NCBI GenBank assembly: GCA_002490245.1
Contig: PCNA01000003.1
Span: 1-40,054, forward strand
Source of the DNA: Candidatus Bathyarchaeota archaeon B24-2
GTDB lineage: Archaea > Thermoproteota > Bathyarchaeia > Bathyarchaeales > B24-2
Length of the DNA stretch: 40,054 bases
Reading direction: 5' to 3'
Shown: positions 27,002 through 36,056 of the stretch, piece by piece
Numbering within the stretch: position 1 is the stretch's first letter
Layout: every line of letters begins with the position of its first letter
Notes under the pieces: model-generated
Database searches by the model: none
The model's input: the letters and a program-made list of their open reading frames with translations, nothing else
What the model was told of the DNA's origin: nothing
Translations under genes and position numbers: made by a program

Positions 27002-27895
27002 CTATGCCTCCGAATTCAAGAATCTATGGGTCAGAAACTTAACCTCATGCTTTGTAACCCTGAGTGTAGAGACTCTTGAAGCCCAGCAGTTAACGGCTAC
27101 TCCTACAGCCAAAGAGGCTGGATGTCTGTGGGCAATCTCTATATGCGCGTCTAAAGCTGTCGTGTAGCCTCCGACACCGTGAGGGCCCCAGCCTAAAGCG
27201 TTTACAGCCCTAAGCAGTTTATCTTCTAGCTCCGCTACGTCTGGTCGAGGATGTCTCTCACCTATTCGACGGAGAAGAGCTCTTCTAGCCAGTTTCATGG
27301 CTATATCGCCTGTAGGTCCTAAACCCACTCCTACGATTACTGGTGGACAAGGTTTTGCCCCAGCCTCGAATATGGCGTCTATAGCGACCTTTAAGGCTCC
27401 CTTTACTCCGAGGCTGGGAGGTATGGTTCTAGCTAAACTTGGTCCTTCGCTGCCTCCACCCTTCAACATCACCGTTATCTCCGCTTCCTCGCTTTTAGGT
27501 ATAATTTCCCATTCTATCCACGGAATGTTTTCGCCTGTGTTGTTCCCGCTGTTTTTGCCTGTGATCACGTCTACGGCGTTAGGTCTTAGCGGTGTAGAAG
27601 CTGTAGCTTCTATCGTCGCTTCTCTAATTACGGCAGGCAACTCTCCTAACAGGGGAAAGTTTTCTCCAGCTTTTATATAGTAGATTAAAGTCCCTGTGTC
27701 TTGGCAAAGCGGTCTTTTTTCTTCCTCCGCTATCTTTACGTTATCTAGGATCGATTTGAGTACTCTTTTCGCAACCACGTTATCCTCTCTTTCATAAGCT
27801 TTCTTTAAAGCCTCTTTGACGTCGTCTGCTAGATATATGGCCGTAGCAGAGACCATCGTTGCGATTTTGTCTTTCAAAACCTCTCGAGAGACCAT
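27002..27895 (-). CDS. Fe-S fumarate hydratase / L-tartrate dehydratase, alpha subunit
   Basis: PLCQDTG, KGGGSE, PCPP and CWA.R. Confidence 0.92.
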   Translation of the reverse strand: MVSREVLKDKIATMVSATAIYLADDVKEALKKAYEREDNVVAKRVLKSILDNVKIAEEEKRPLCQDTGTLIYYIKAGENFPLLGELPAVIREATIEATASTPLRPNAVDVITGKNSGNNTGENIPWIEWEIIPKSEEAEITVMLKGGGSEGPSLARTIPPSLGVKGALKVAIDAIFEAGAKPCPPVIVGVGLGPTGDIAMKLARRALLRRIGERHPRPDVAELEDKLLRAVNALGWGPHGVGGYTTALDAHIEIAHRHPASLAVGVAVNCWASRVSTLRVTKHEVKFLTHRFLNSEA

Positions 27896-28115
27896 AGGTA
27901 AATTGTGTTTTGGGGAACTTTAAAAATATCTACGATGATGAAAGGGATACGCCAAGAGTGTTTAGAAGTCGATGAGGATACCGAAGGAGGGTACAGCAAC
28001 AAAGTTGAAGCCTGTAGACCACCGTTCTTTATCACTATTGAAAAATTGGTTTTAATGCTCTTGGAGAACCGTTCCTTACTTAAAAGCTCTTGTCTCGACC
28101 GTCTAACCCACTACT

Positions 28116-28958
28116 TTAAATCGGTAAATGCAACCAGCTAAATACGCCTATCATCTTTAACCCCATGTAGACCATGACTGCTATGAAGACGTACCTTAAC
28201 TGTTTAGCTGGAAGCCTATGAGCCGTCCTGACGCCTACTTGAGCCATGGGAACGCTTGTCCCCGCGAGGAGTATCCACTGTAGAAGGTTCACGTAGCCGA
28301 TCGAATATTCTGGTAGTCCTGATACACCTAACCCCTCGATTATGTAGGAGGTTACCCCGCCGATGGAAGTGAATATCATCATGGCGGTCGAAGTACCTAC
28401 TGCTTGATGCATCCTGAACTTCAGTATAACGACCATCACGGGAACCATCAGAACCCCGCCTCCTATCCCGATCAGACCACATGCAAACCCTAAGGGAAGC
28501 CCCCAAAGAAAATAGGTGAACAGGTTTTTTGTCGGTTCCTCTGTGATCTTTGGAGGTTTAGCAGTCAGCATTCTTACCGCACCGGCTAAAATCGCGAGAC
28601 CGAATATGGTCGTTAGGATTCTGCCAGGGAGATGTGCTGCAACGTATCCGCCTAATAACGAGCTAAACGCGCCGGTAACTCCCAGAACGATTCCGGCTCT
28701 CCATAACACGGCTCCCTTTCTGGTGTGGCCTATCGCCCCACTCAGGGCCGTCGGTAGAACCACAAGGAGGTTTGTGCCGAAAGCCACCCTTATGGCGATC
28801 GTCGGATCTATTCCCGTAGCCGTCAGTACCCAATATTGCACGGGTATCATTATGAAGCATCCGCCAACACCGAGTAAACCTGAGGCGAAGCCTACGCCGA
28901 TCCCCGTTATTAAAAGCGCGATTATGAAGGGTAACCCTATCATTTCAGCTTTCACCAC
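28116..28958 (-). CDS. TauE/SafE (TSUP) family membrane transporter
   Basis: Two GLLGVGG / GLIGIGGG repeats, A.GT motifs and about 8 TM segments. Confidence 0.9.
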   Translation of the reverse strand: MVKAEMIGLPFIIALLITGIGVGFASGLLGVGGCFIMIPVQYWVLTATGIDPTIAIRVAFGTNLLVVLPTALSGAIGHTRKGAVLWRAGIVLGVTGAFSSLLGGYVAAHLPGRILTTIFGLAILAGAVRMLTAKPPKITEEPTKNLFTYFLWGLPLGFACGLIGIGGGVLMVPVMVVILKFRMHQAVGTSTAMMIFTSIGGVTSYIIEGLGVSGLPEYSIGYVNLLQWILLAGTSVPMAQVGVRTAHRLPAKQLRYVFIAVMVYMGLKMIGVFSWLHLPI

Positions 28959-29133
28959 ACCTCACTTTAAATCTTAACGAGAGAAGTTTGCCTCGATTCT
29001 ATTTTTGACCGTTAAACTGAAGGCTTCAGGGATCCTATAGAATGCGGATGTTATAGGATGGATGAGAATCTGCGATTTCATAGCGTACTCCTCTCACCAT
29101 TTATCACAACATGTAACAATATTTATTTTTTTC

Positions 29134-29148
29134 GTTACAATTTGTAAC
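29134..29148. promoter_or_regulatory. Perfect 7-1-7 inverted repeat, candidate operator
   Basis: GTTACAA-T-TTGTAAC, with an extra half-site TGTAACAAT at 29112-29120. Confidence 0.55.
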
Positions 29149-29255
29149 AATATAGATTCTCAATTCTCGGTGGATAAAATTTGAGAGGAACCTTAGAAGA
29201 AGGGATTGTAGAATAGGTCTAAGAGTCATAAAGGCTAGGAGGCGTAAAAAGCCTT

Positions 29256-30020
29256 CTAGAATAAGGACTCGACGTATAGCTTCGCAGCTATGATGGAGAG
29301 AACTATGGCGAATAGATACTTCACCGTTTTATGCTTAAACTTTCTGGTCATTAGATGGGAGCCCGTAAAGGCCCCTGCAAGAACAATTAAGGTTAGACCT
29401 AAAAACCATGGTATGTCGATTATGATGTGCCCAAGCGTGGCGTGAACGATGAAGCTGACGAGAACGCCTGCATTAACGCAGAAAACAGAGACCGCTGCAG
29501 CGTTTTTATGTTTTAAACCTAAGATTAGAAGCGCTGGGAGTATGATGCTGCCTCCACCTCTACCCACCATTCCTCCGACAAAGCCTATCGATGCCCCAAC
29601 CACCACACTTATTAAAACCCTCGTTCTCCTCGAGTATTCACCTTTCGGACGGAGACCGAGAAACGATTGGGCTACACCGAACGTAGTTATCAAAGCGAAT
29701 ACGAAGAGTATTACTCTATCGGAGACTATACCCGTGAAGGTTGCGCCCAGCGGCGCACTTATTAGTAGAGGCACAGCTATCGGGAGGGCAGCCTTCAAAT
29801 CGATTAATCTAGCCTTAAAATAATTGATGGAAGCAACCGTAGTGGATACAAACGAGAGCCATAGAGCCAACGATACAGCACTTTTAAGGGGCATTCCAAG
29901 CCAATGAAAGGCTGGAGTGTAGATTTGGCCTCCTCCCAATCCTATCGCCGGGAAAACGAAGGAAACCAAGGAGACTAGGAGGAAAGAGAGTAGGTAACAG
30001 AGCTCATTCATATCAATCAT
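29256..30020 (-). CDS. TauE/SafE (TSUP) family membrane transporter
   Basis: GLGGG and GRGGG repeats, hydrophobic; begins 14 nt after the radical SAM gene. Confidence 0.85.
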   Translation of the reverse strand: MIDMNELCYLLSFLLVSLVSFVFPAIGLGGGQIYTPAFHWLGMPLKSAVSLALWLSFVSTTVASINYFKARLIDLKAALPIAVPLLISAPLGATFTGIVSDRVILFVFALITTFGVAQSFLGLRPKGEYSRRTRVLISVVVGASIGFVGGMVGRGGGSIILPALLILGLKHKNAAAVSVFCVNAGVLVSFIVHATLGHIIIDIPWFLGLTLIVLAGAFTGSHLMTRKFKHKTVKYLFAIVLSIIAAKLYVESLF

Positions 30021-30034
30021 CTAGACTATTTATG

Positions 30035-31525
30035 TTAGGGTGAAGTCACCGTTATCTTGCGTTCTTCCTTTACCTCGCTGGCCGGGTATCCTTTTAAGGC
30101 ATCGAAGGCTATTTCTCTCCAGTATCTTTCATTTAGTCTACATCCGGGGTCTGGGCCTTGTAAGTCGTTGAAGTAGGCGTAAGCCCTAGCCCTGCAGCCA
30201 CCACATATATACTTATATTCGCATTCTCCGCATCCCTTAAAGGAGTCTCTGTTTCTTATCTGTTTAAGTATAGGCGAGTTTCTCCAGATGTCTATAAGCC
30301 TCTGCTCTTTGATGTTCCCCACTTTTATAGGAATAAATACGCATGGCTCGATGTCTCCGTTAGGCTCCATACCGCAGTAGAGGCGTCCAGCTCCGCATCC
30401 ACCGATAAATTCTGTTAGAGACTTCGTCCTTCCCTTCAGCATTTCCATGGCATCTCTGTTCGTGAAGTGTGTAGCCACTACAGGCCCGAAGGCGAACTTG
30501 AAGGACGTCACGGCATATTGGGGAGCTGTGGAGAAAACGTCTAGCCTACAGTCTTCATCTATGAGCTTCGAGTAGAGGAATTCTAACAGCTCCTCCCGTT
30601 CCTCCGGAGTTAAGTCTTGATCCACTATCTCCCTTCCTCTACTTACGGGAATGAAGTTAAAGACTATGAAACGCCTCGCATGAAGTTCTTTCTCGACGAA
30701 GTCTATGAGCTTCGGAATCTCTTTCAGGTTGTAGTGGGTTGCGGTCGTCGCGACACCGGTATCTAAACCGACCTTAACGCAGTTTTTTATTCCTTCCACG
30801 GCTCTTCTCCAAGCTCCACGTATACCTCTAAATTCGTCATGGGTCCTCTCGAAGCCGTCTAGAGAGATCTCGACGTACTCAACACCCGCTTCTTTCATCT
30901 TCCTTGCAACGCTCTCGGTTATTAGAGTTCCGTTGGAGGCTACGGAAACATAGAACTCTTTATCGGCCGCGTATTTGGCCACCTCGAAGAAGTCTTTTCT
31001 CATCAAGGGTTCTCCGCCGGAGAAGGAGAGAGCGACGACTCCAGCATCAGCAAATTCGTCTATAGCTTTCTTCGCCTCTTCGGTGGTTAACTCGTCAGGT
31101 GAGGGCTTCGACCCTGCGTTTTCATAGCAGTGTTTACATCTTAAGTTACATTGCTTGGTAAAGTTCCAGACTATGAGGAAGGGAGCTGCCGTCGTTTGAG
31201 GCCTCTGCACGCCATAGTAGCCTATGCCTTCAAGGATGTTGGCTATACCCCTCCTAACGACGGGGAGTTTAAGCGACTCTATCATCTGTTCCTTTGAGAC
31301 GCCGAAGGATTCGGAGCCTCTATCTAAGGCTAGCTTAACTATCAGATAGGCAAGTTTCTCTTGAAAACTTAACTTTTCAGCCTCACCTACATACTTTTTT
31401 AGGGCAACCTCCAACTTACTGCCTTTCTCAGTTCGCTTTGAAACCCATTTCAAGAGGCTTCTAGAGATCGGGTTGCCAAGCCATCTTTTCACGGTGTTTG
31501 CTACAAGGTCTGCCTCATGCATCAT
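30035..31525 (-). CDS. Radical SAM/SPASM protein with ~110-aa N-terminal extension (possible GMGT synthase-like)
   Basis: CNLRCKHC, SGGEP and SPASM CGAG...C...PC...CxxC...CGGC...C. Confidence 0.85.
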   Translation of the reverse strand: MMHEADLVANTVKRWLGNPISRSLLKWVSKRTEKGSKLEVALKKYVGEAEKLSFQEKLAYLIVKLALDRGSESFGVSKEQMIESLKLPVVRRGIANILEGIGYYGVQRPQTTAAPFLIVWNFTKQCNLRCKHCYENAGSKPSPDELTTEEAKKAIDEFADAGVVALSFSGGEPLMRKDFFEVAKYAADKEFYVSVASNGTLITESVARKMKEAGVEYVEISLDGFERTHDEFRGIRGAWRRAVEGIKNCVKVGLDTGVATTATHYNLKEIPKLIDFVEKELHARRFIVFNFIPVSRGREIVDQDLTPEEREELLEFLYSKLIDEDCRLDVFSTAPQYAVTSFKFAFGPVVATHFTNRDAMEMLKGRTKSLTEFIGGCGAGRLYCGMEPNGDIEPCVFIPIKVGNIKEQRLIDIWRNSPILKQIRNRDSFKGCGECEYKYICGGCRARAYAYFNDLQGPDPGCRLNERYWREIAFDALKGYPASEVKEERKITVTSP

Positions 31526-32892
31526 CTTCCCCTCATATAGTTTACGACCGTTTTGATGGCGTCCTTCACGAAGATGAATTGCCTATCCTTTATCCATCTC
31601 CAGATAACCTTAGGTCTAAGGTAAAAACTGAGGTAAGCTTTCTGTAAAAGCGATTTTAGCTGTCTCGCCGTTAGGTTTTTAAGCTTCATAACAGGGTCTA
31701 TAACCGTGTATTTAGACCAGTCCTTAGTCAACAATAGACCGTTTTTCAGGGCGAAATCGAAGATCGGAGTACCTGGATAGGGGGTTAAGATCGAGAACTG
31801 AGCATAGTCTAGATTCAATTTTTTGGCGAAGTTTATCGTCTGTTTGATCGTTTGTATGGTGTCTTCTGGGAAGCCGAGTATGAAGGAGCCTAAAACCTGC
31901 ATTCCAGCCTCCTTCACGGTCTTAACAGCTTTTTTAGCTTGCTCCAAAGTTATCCTTTTACCTATAGAGTCTAAGATTTTCTGGCTGCCTGACTCTATGC
32001 CTAGATAGAGAACCCAGCATCCCGCCCGCTTCATCTTTTCGGCTAGCTTCCTAGTTATCGTGTCTACCCGTGAGGAGGCAGACCAAGCGATGTCTAAGCC
32101 CTCTTTAATTATTTTATCGCAGATCTCTTCAGCCCTCTTACGGTTAAGCGTGAAGGTGTCGTCCATAAGCTCTATATCCCTTATCTTGTAGTCATCGTGG
32201 ATGATTCTTATTTCTTCCAACACATTTCTGGGGCTTCTACCTCTCCAGCGGCAACCGAACAAACGTGAAGACGAGCAGAAGGAGCAGCCGAACGGGCATC
32301 CTCTGCTTGTGATCATCGTCGCATACTTTACACCGTTAAACTGGTAGAGGTCTATCGGAAGCAGGTCTCTACTCGGGAAAGGGATGCTATCTATGTCTTT
32401 GATGAAGGGTCTAGGTTCGTTATCTATTATCTGACCGTTCTTCCTGAAGGTTATGCCCCGCACTTCATCTAACGGAGCGTTCTTCTCGATAGCTTTCGCC
32501 AGCTCTTGAACCGTCTCTTCCCCCTCACCCTTAACGATTACGTCGACGTATCTACACTCCTCCAAAGTCTCCTTCGGTAGGAACGTTACGTGAGGGCCGC
32601 CCATAACTACTGTGCAGTCTTCTCTTACCTCCTTAGCGACCTTAGCTACGGCGTAGGCTTGATATATCGAAGACGTTACGGAAGTTATTCCCACTATATC
32701 GGGGTTAAAGGACTTCAGCTCCCTTCTTAAGTCTTCCAACGTATAGTTTAAAGCAGCGGAGTCGATTATCTTCACTTTATGCTCCTTTCTCAGGACAGAG
32801 GCTAGGTAAGCTAGACCTAACGGTGGAGAAGAAGAGCCGAAAGTGGAAGCCACCGCGGATTTGTATGGAGGAGAAACTAGGCATACATTCAT
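31522..32892 (-). CDS. Cobalamin-binding (class B) radical SAM protein, probable methyltransferase
   Basis: PPLGLAYLA, GGPHVT, GEGE, RGCPFGCSFC, GIESG and PYPGT. Confidence 0.9.
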   Translation of the reverse strand: MNVCLVSPPYKSAVASTFGSSSPPLGLAYLASVLRKEHKVKIIDSAALNYTLEDLRRELKSFNPDIVGITSVTSSIYQAYAVAKVAKEVREDCTVVMGGPHVTFLPKETLEECRYVDVIVKGEGEETVQELAKAIEKNAPLDEVRGITFRKNGQIIDNEPRPFIKDIDSIPFPSRDLLPIDLYQFNGVKYATMITSRGCPFGCSFCSSSRLFGCRWRGRSPRNVLEEIRIIHDDYKIRDIELMDDTFTLNRKRAEEICDKIIKEGLDIAWSASSRVDTITRKLAEKMKRAGCWVLYLGIESGSQKILDSIGKRITLEQAKKAVKTVKEAGMQVLGSFILGFPEDTIQTIKQTINFAKKLNLDYAQFSILTPYPGTPIFDFALKNGLLLTKDWSKYTVIDPVMKLKNLTARQLKSLLQKAYLSFYLRPKVIWRWIKDRQFIFVKDAIKTVVNYMRGR

Positions 32893-34418
32893 CTCTTTAC
32901 TTCAACCCTCTCCACGCTTATCGGTTTAGGCATAAAGGCACCGTAAACTCCCCTAGCCTTCCATTCAACGATCTTTACGAATAGCCAGTAAAAGAAAGAC
33001 GATATCCTACTATACCACCTACCTTTAAAGTAGGAGTGTATCATAACTTTAGTCCACTTTATATCATGTCTTAAACATTTTATTAAAAGCTCCCTCTGTA
33101 AATCGTTCATCTGCTCGACCGTGAACCAGTCCTCATCCTTCAGCCTTCCGAGGGGAACGAAGAAGAGGGGGACTATTAAGCTTTTAAAATCTTTAAGGTC
33201 GTCCATCAGCTCGATCGTCTTAATCACGTCCTCATCGGTCTCTTCAGGCAGCCCGGTTATCAGAGTGCATGCAGGCACAAGGTTATTATCCGTCATTATA
33301 CCAGCAGCCGTCTTAACGACCTCCGGCCACTGCTCAGGCTTGAACGGCCGAGCCTTTGCAGGCATAACCTTCTTTACGAGCTCTGGTGAGCCTGTTTCTA
33401 TGCCCACTTCAGCTCCCCACCACTCTTGGTTTTCATCCAATATTATCTCGGCGACGTCTTCAACCAACATCGGATCGGTCGCCACAGCAGCCATCGACGT
33501 GTGACTCCAACTCAGCTGATTAACGTATCTTTTACATAGCTTATGTAGCTTCAACACTTTTTTCCTGTCAGGTATAACGCTTCTCGAACCATAGAGTAGA
33601 ACGTCTTCAGCATGTATCACCGAGTATTTTAAGCCTGCATCCGTGTTTACTTTAAGTTCTTTCTCGATCTTCTCGTAGGGATACCAGCGTAGAGGCCTCA
33701 AGGTAACGCTGCAGAAGGCGCAGCCCCGACAGCAGCCCCTCCCGATCTCGATTAAACCGTTTACGGAGGGGTTCTTGATTTCAGGTATCTCGTCTACGCT
33801 CGGAGACTCGTGTATACTCACCTCGTAAAACCTTGGAAGACTCTTTCCCTCGATAGCTCTTCTAACTATCTCACCAACCACCTTCTCGGCTTCACCGTCT
33901 ATAACGCAGTCTATTCCATGGTCTTCCGTAAACTTAGGTTTGAGTTTAAGTTGCCATGCGCCGGGTCCTCCGACTATTATCTTGAGGCCACGTTTCTTAG
34001 CTTCCACGACCTCGGGCTTCTCGAGCAGTATTCGAAAATACTTCGCGAGATAGGGTTCTCCTGTTTGGAGTATCCGGGAGAAGGTTGAGGAGGAGGGGCC
34101 TAGACCGAACGGGTCCATAACGTGAATGCCTAATACCTTAGCGTCAGATATATAGCGCTTCAGATGGTCTGGGTCTACGGTCAGGACTTCGAAGCCTTCG
34201 TTTAACAGTTGAGCCTCTATCTTTCTAAGTCCATAAGGGGCTTCTAGCGGTATACCGTCCACGTTCTTTATAGGAGGAAAGAACAGAAGCTTAAAAAACC
34301 ATTCTGGCACGACGTTTGGGGGAGCGGTTGTCCCGAAACCTAGGAACTCGTTTTGGTGGTAGTTACTCATCAAAGTCCTATCGGCGGTCAATACGACCTC
34401 GGGCCTCGTGCATCCCAC
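32889..34418 (-). CDS. B12-domain radical SAM protein, GDGT ring synthase (GrsA/GrsB)-like family
   Basis: N-terminal VLTADRTLMS.Y, APYGLRKIEA and MDP.GLGP motifs plus RGCCRGCAFC; I recall these motifs from Grs-family proteins. Confidence 0.7.
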   Translation of the reverse strand: MGCTRPEVVLTADRTLMSNYHQNEFLGFGTTAPPNVVPEWFFKLLFFPPIKNVDGIPLEAPYGLRKIEAQLLNEGFEVLTVDPDHLKRYISDAKVLGIHVMDPFGLGPSSSTFSRILQTGEPYLAKYFRILLEKPEVVEAKKRGLKIIVGGPGAWQLKLKPKFTEDHGIDCVIDGEAEKVVGEIVRRAIEGKSLPRFYEVSIHESPSVDEIPEIKNPSVNGLIEIGRGCCRGCAFCSVTLRPLRWYPYEKIEKELKVNTDAGLKYSVIHAEDVLLYGSRSVIPDRKKVLKLHKLCKRYVNQLSWSHTSMAAVATDPMLVEDVAEIILDENQEWWGAEVGIETGSPELVKKVMPAKARPFKPEQWPEVVKTAAGIMTDNNLVPACTLITGLPEETDEDVIKTIELMDDLKDFKSLIVPLFFVPLGRLKDEDWFTVEQMNDLQRELLIKCLRHDIKWTKVMIHSYFKGRWYSRISSFFYWLFVKIVEWKARGVYGAFMPKPISVERVEVKR

Positions 34419-34474
34419 CTCTAAGTGATCCTTGCCATGTAAAGATTCAGAATGGAAACAAATATATACTTTTC

Positions 34475-34491
34475 TATTACATTTTGTAGTA
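34475..34491. promoter_or_regulatory. Imperfect palindrome immediately before the Lrp gene start, candidate operator
   Basis: TATTACA-TTT-TGTAGTA; the core TACAWTTTGTA is shared with 29136-29146. Confidence 0.45.
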
Positions 34492-34492
34492 G

Positions 34493-35062
34493 ATGCCGCG
34501 TATAGACGAGCTAGACAAAAAGATAATAGCCATACTTCAGAAGGATGGAAGGGCCTCGCTTACAGATATAGGTAGGAAGCTCGGTCTCTCCCATGTCAGT
34601 ATTAGGAAAAGGATAGAAAAACTCTACGAGAAGGGTGTTAAGGTAACCGCTGGCCTCGACGCCAGAAAATTCGGTTTCCGTATAGCGATAGTGAACGTCG
34701 AAGCTGAAGGACATGAACGCCTTCTAGAACTATTAAAGAAGTTCTCCGATTGCCCAAGGATGGTGTTCATGACGACGACTACCGGAGACTACAACCTCAT
34801 GACCGTCATGATAGCAGAAGACGCCGACACCTTAAATTCGATAATCGAATTCTGTTCTGCAAGAAACCAGAAGGGGATAAGACGGTCAGAGGCGATAGTT
34901 GGTGAAGCACCCATACTTCCCAAGTATCTACCTATAAGGATCGTGGCAGAGAAGATGTTAGAAGACGCACCCTGCGGAGTGAACTGCGGTAGATGCGCAC
35001 GGTATAAAGAAGGGAAATGTCTCGCCTGTCCGGCGACGAAGTATTATCGCGGCCCCCTCTAA
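34493..35062 (+). CDS. Lrp/AsnC family transcriptional regulator with Cys-rich C-terminal tail
   Basis: IDELDKKII..LQ.DGR HTH, RAM domain TTGDYNL and tail CGVNCGRC-x7-CLAC. Confidence 0.9.
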   Translation: MPRIDELDKKIIAILQKDGRASLTDIGRKLGLSHVSIRKRIEKLYEKGVKVTAGLDARKFGFRIAIVNVEAEGHERLLELLKKFSDCPRMVFMTTTTGDYNLMTVMIAEDADTLNSIIEFCSARNQKGIRRSEAIVGEAPILPKYLPIRIVAEKMLEDAPCGVNCGRCARYKEGKCLACPATKYYRGPL

Positions 35063-35084
35063 CCCGTGTGGAGGGGGATAAAAG

Positions 35085-35411
35085 GTGAGTAGGGATAAAG
35101 TTATCCGCTTGAAAAGCTGGGAGGAATTTAAGCGTCTGGCTAAAGAAGTTAGGCCAAGGTCTATAGTCTACAATATAGAGCAAAGCGTCCCCGCTAGGGA
35201 GCTCACAGGCCTACGACTGATACTAGCAGCTCAGGGAACTCAATATGTCTTCCTAGACTTCCCGAAGGGGATGAAGCTTAGGGAAACCGGAATCTCACTT
35301 CACAGGGATAAAAACGGAAACCGCTATCTGAGAGACGAGGATGTAATAGACTTCGTTAAGAAGCAGCTCGATAGAGAAGACTTGACGGTTTGCTCTTACT
35401 GGACGATCTAA
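35085..35411 (+). CDS. Hypothetical protein
   Basis: 108-aa ORF with GGAGG RBS, starting 22 nt after the regulator. Confidence 0.75.
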   Translation: MSRDKVIRLKSWEEFKRLAKEVRPRSIVYNIEQSVPARELTGLRLILAAQGTQYVFLDFPKGMKLRETGISLHRDKNGNRYLRDEDVIDFVKKQLDREDLTVCSYWTI

Positions 35412-35909
35412 CGTGACTATCGGTTATATGGCGAACGAAACTATGAGCGTAGATATGGGTGTGAATCATCTTTCCTGAACGGGTCAACCCCACCTTTTTA
35501 TCATCACACGTTTATCACCGTTTATGACTACGCGGTCAAAACGAAGTTTTCTATACAACTTGAATTCACAATGAAAAGCGAATAAAACTTGTCGGGTGAA
35601 AACTTAAAATTTTCCAGATACATCAGACCCCGTACTATATAAACTTTTGACCCACGACTGAGAAGCCTTTCAGAGATAGCTAAGCCTAAACTGAAAAACC
35701 TTCAACCTTCGACTTAAACATCTGAAAACTCTTCAGCTACCTCACGGAACTATATAAACCGGACTAAGATATAGGATAAAAAGGAAGTAGAGTTCTCCAT
35801 GAAGCCTTAGCTAGAGGACGACGACCAAACATAGAGAGAACCGAACCTCCTTTAACAAACTTTCAGGCTTTAAACAAAAACGAATTCGCCTTTAATGAGT
35901 GAATGTTCT

Positions 35910-35987
35910 TGGTGGGGCCGCCCGGATTTGAACCGGGGTCACGAGAGCCCAAGTCTCGTAGCCTAGACCAAGCTAGCCGACGGCCCC
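35910..35987 (-). tRNA. tRNA-Pro(UGG), intron-less, CCA encoded
   Basis: Minus strand: acceptor GGGGCCG/CGGCCCC-ACCA, anticodon arm CGAGA-CTTGGGC-TCTCG, T arm CCCGG-TTCAAAT-CCGGG. Confidence 0.96.
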
Positions 35988-36056
35988 GTAATCATGAAGT
36001 ATGTTGTTTGAGAAAGCGTTTATTAACGTTTTCTAAAACGAGGTGGAAAAAGGAGG

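Noticed and set aside
27905..28141. 78-aa ORF, or a C/D box sRNA starting at ATGATGA (27935)
   Set aside because: No protein motifs and it overlaps the hydratase promoter region; there is no proper CTGA D box at guide spacing.
35658..35736. Mini CRISPR array
   Set aside because: Units are only 15-16 nt, degenerate and about 32 nt apart, too short for repeat-spacer units; no cas genes are present.
24887..35909. Genomic island integrated at tRNA-Pro
   Set aside because: No integrase, and I found no second copy of the tRNA 3' end in the window; gene content is metabolic.
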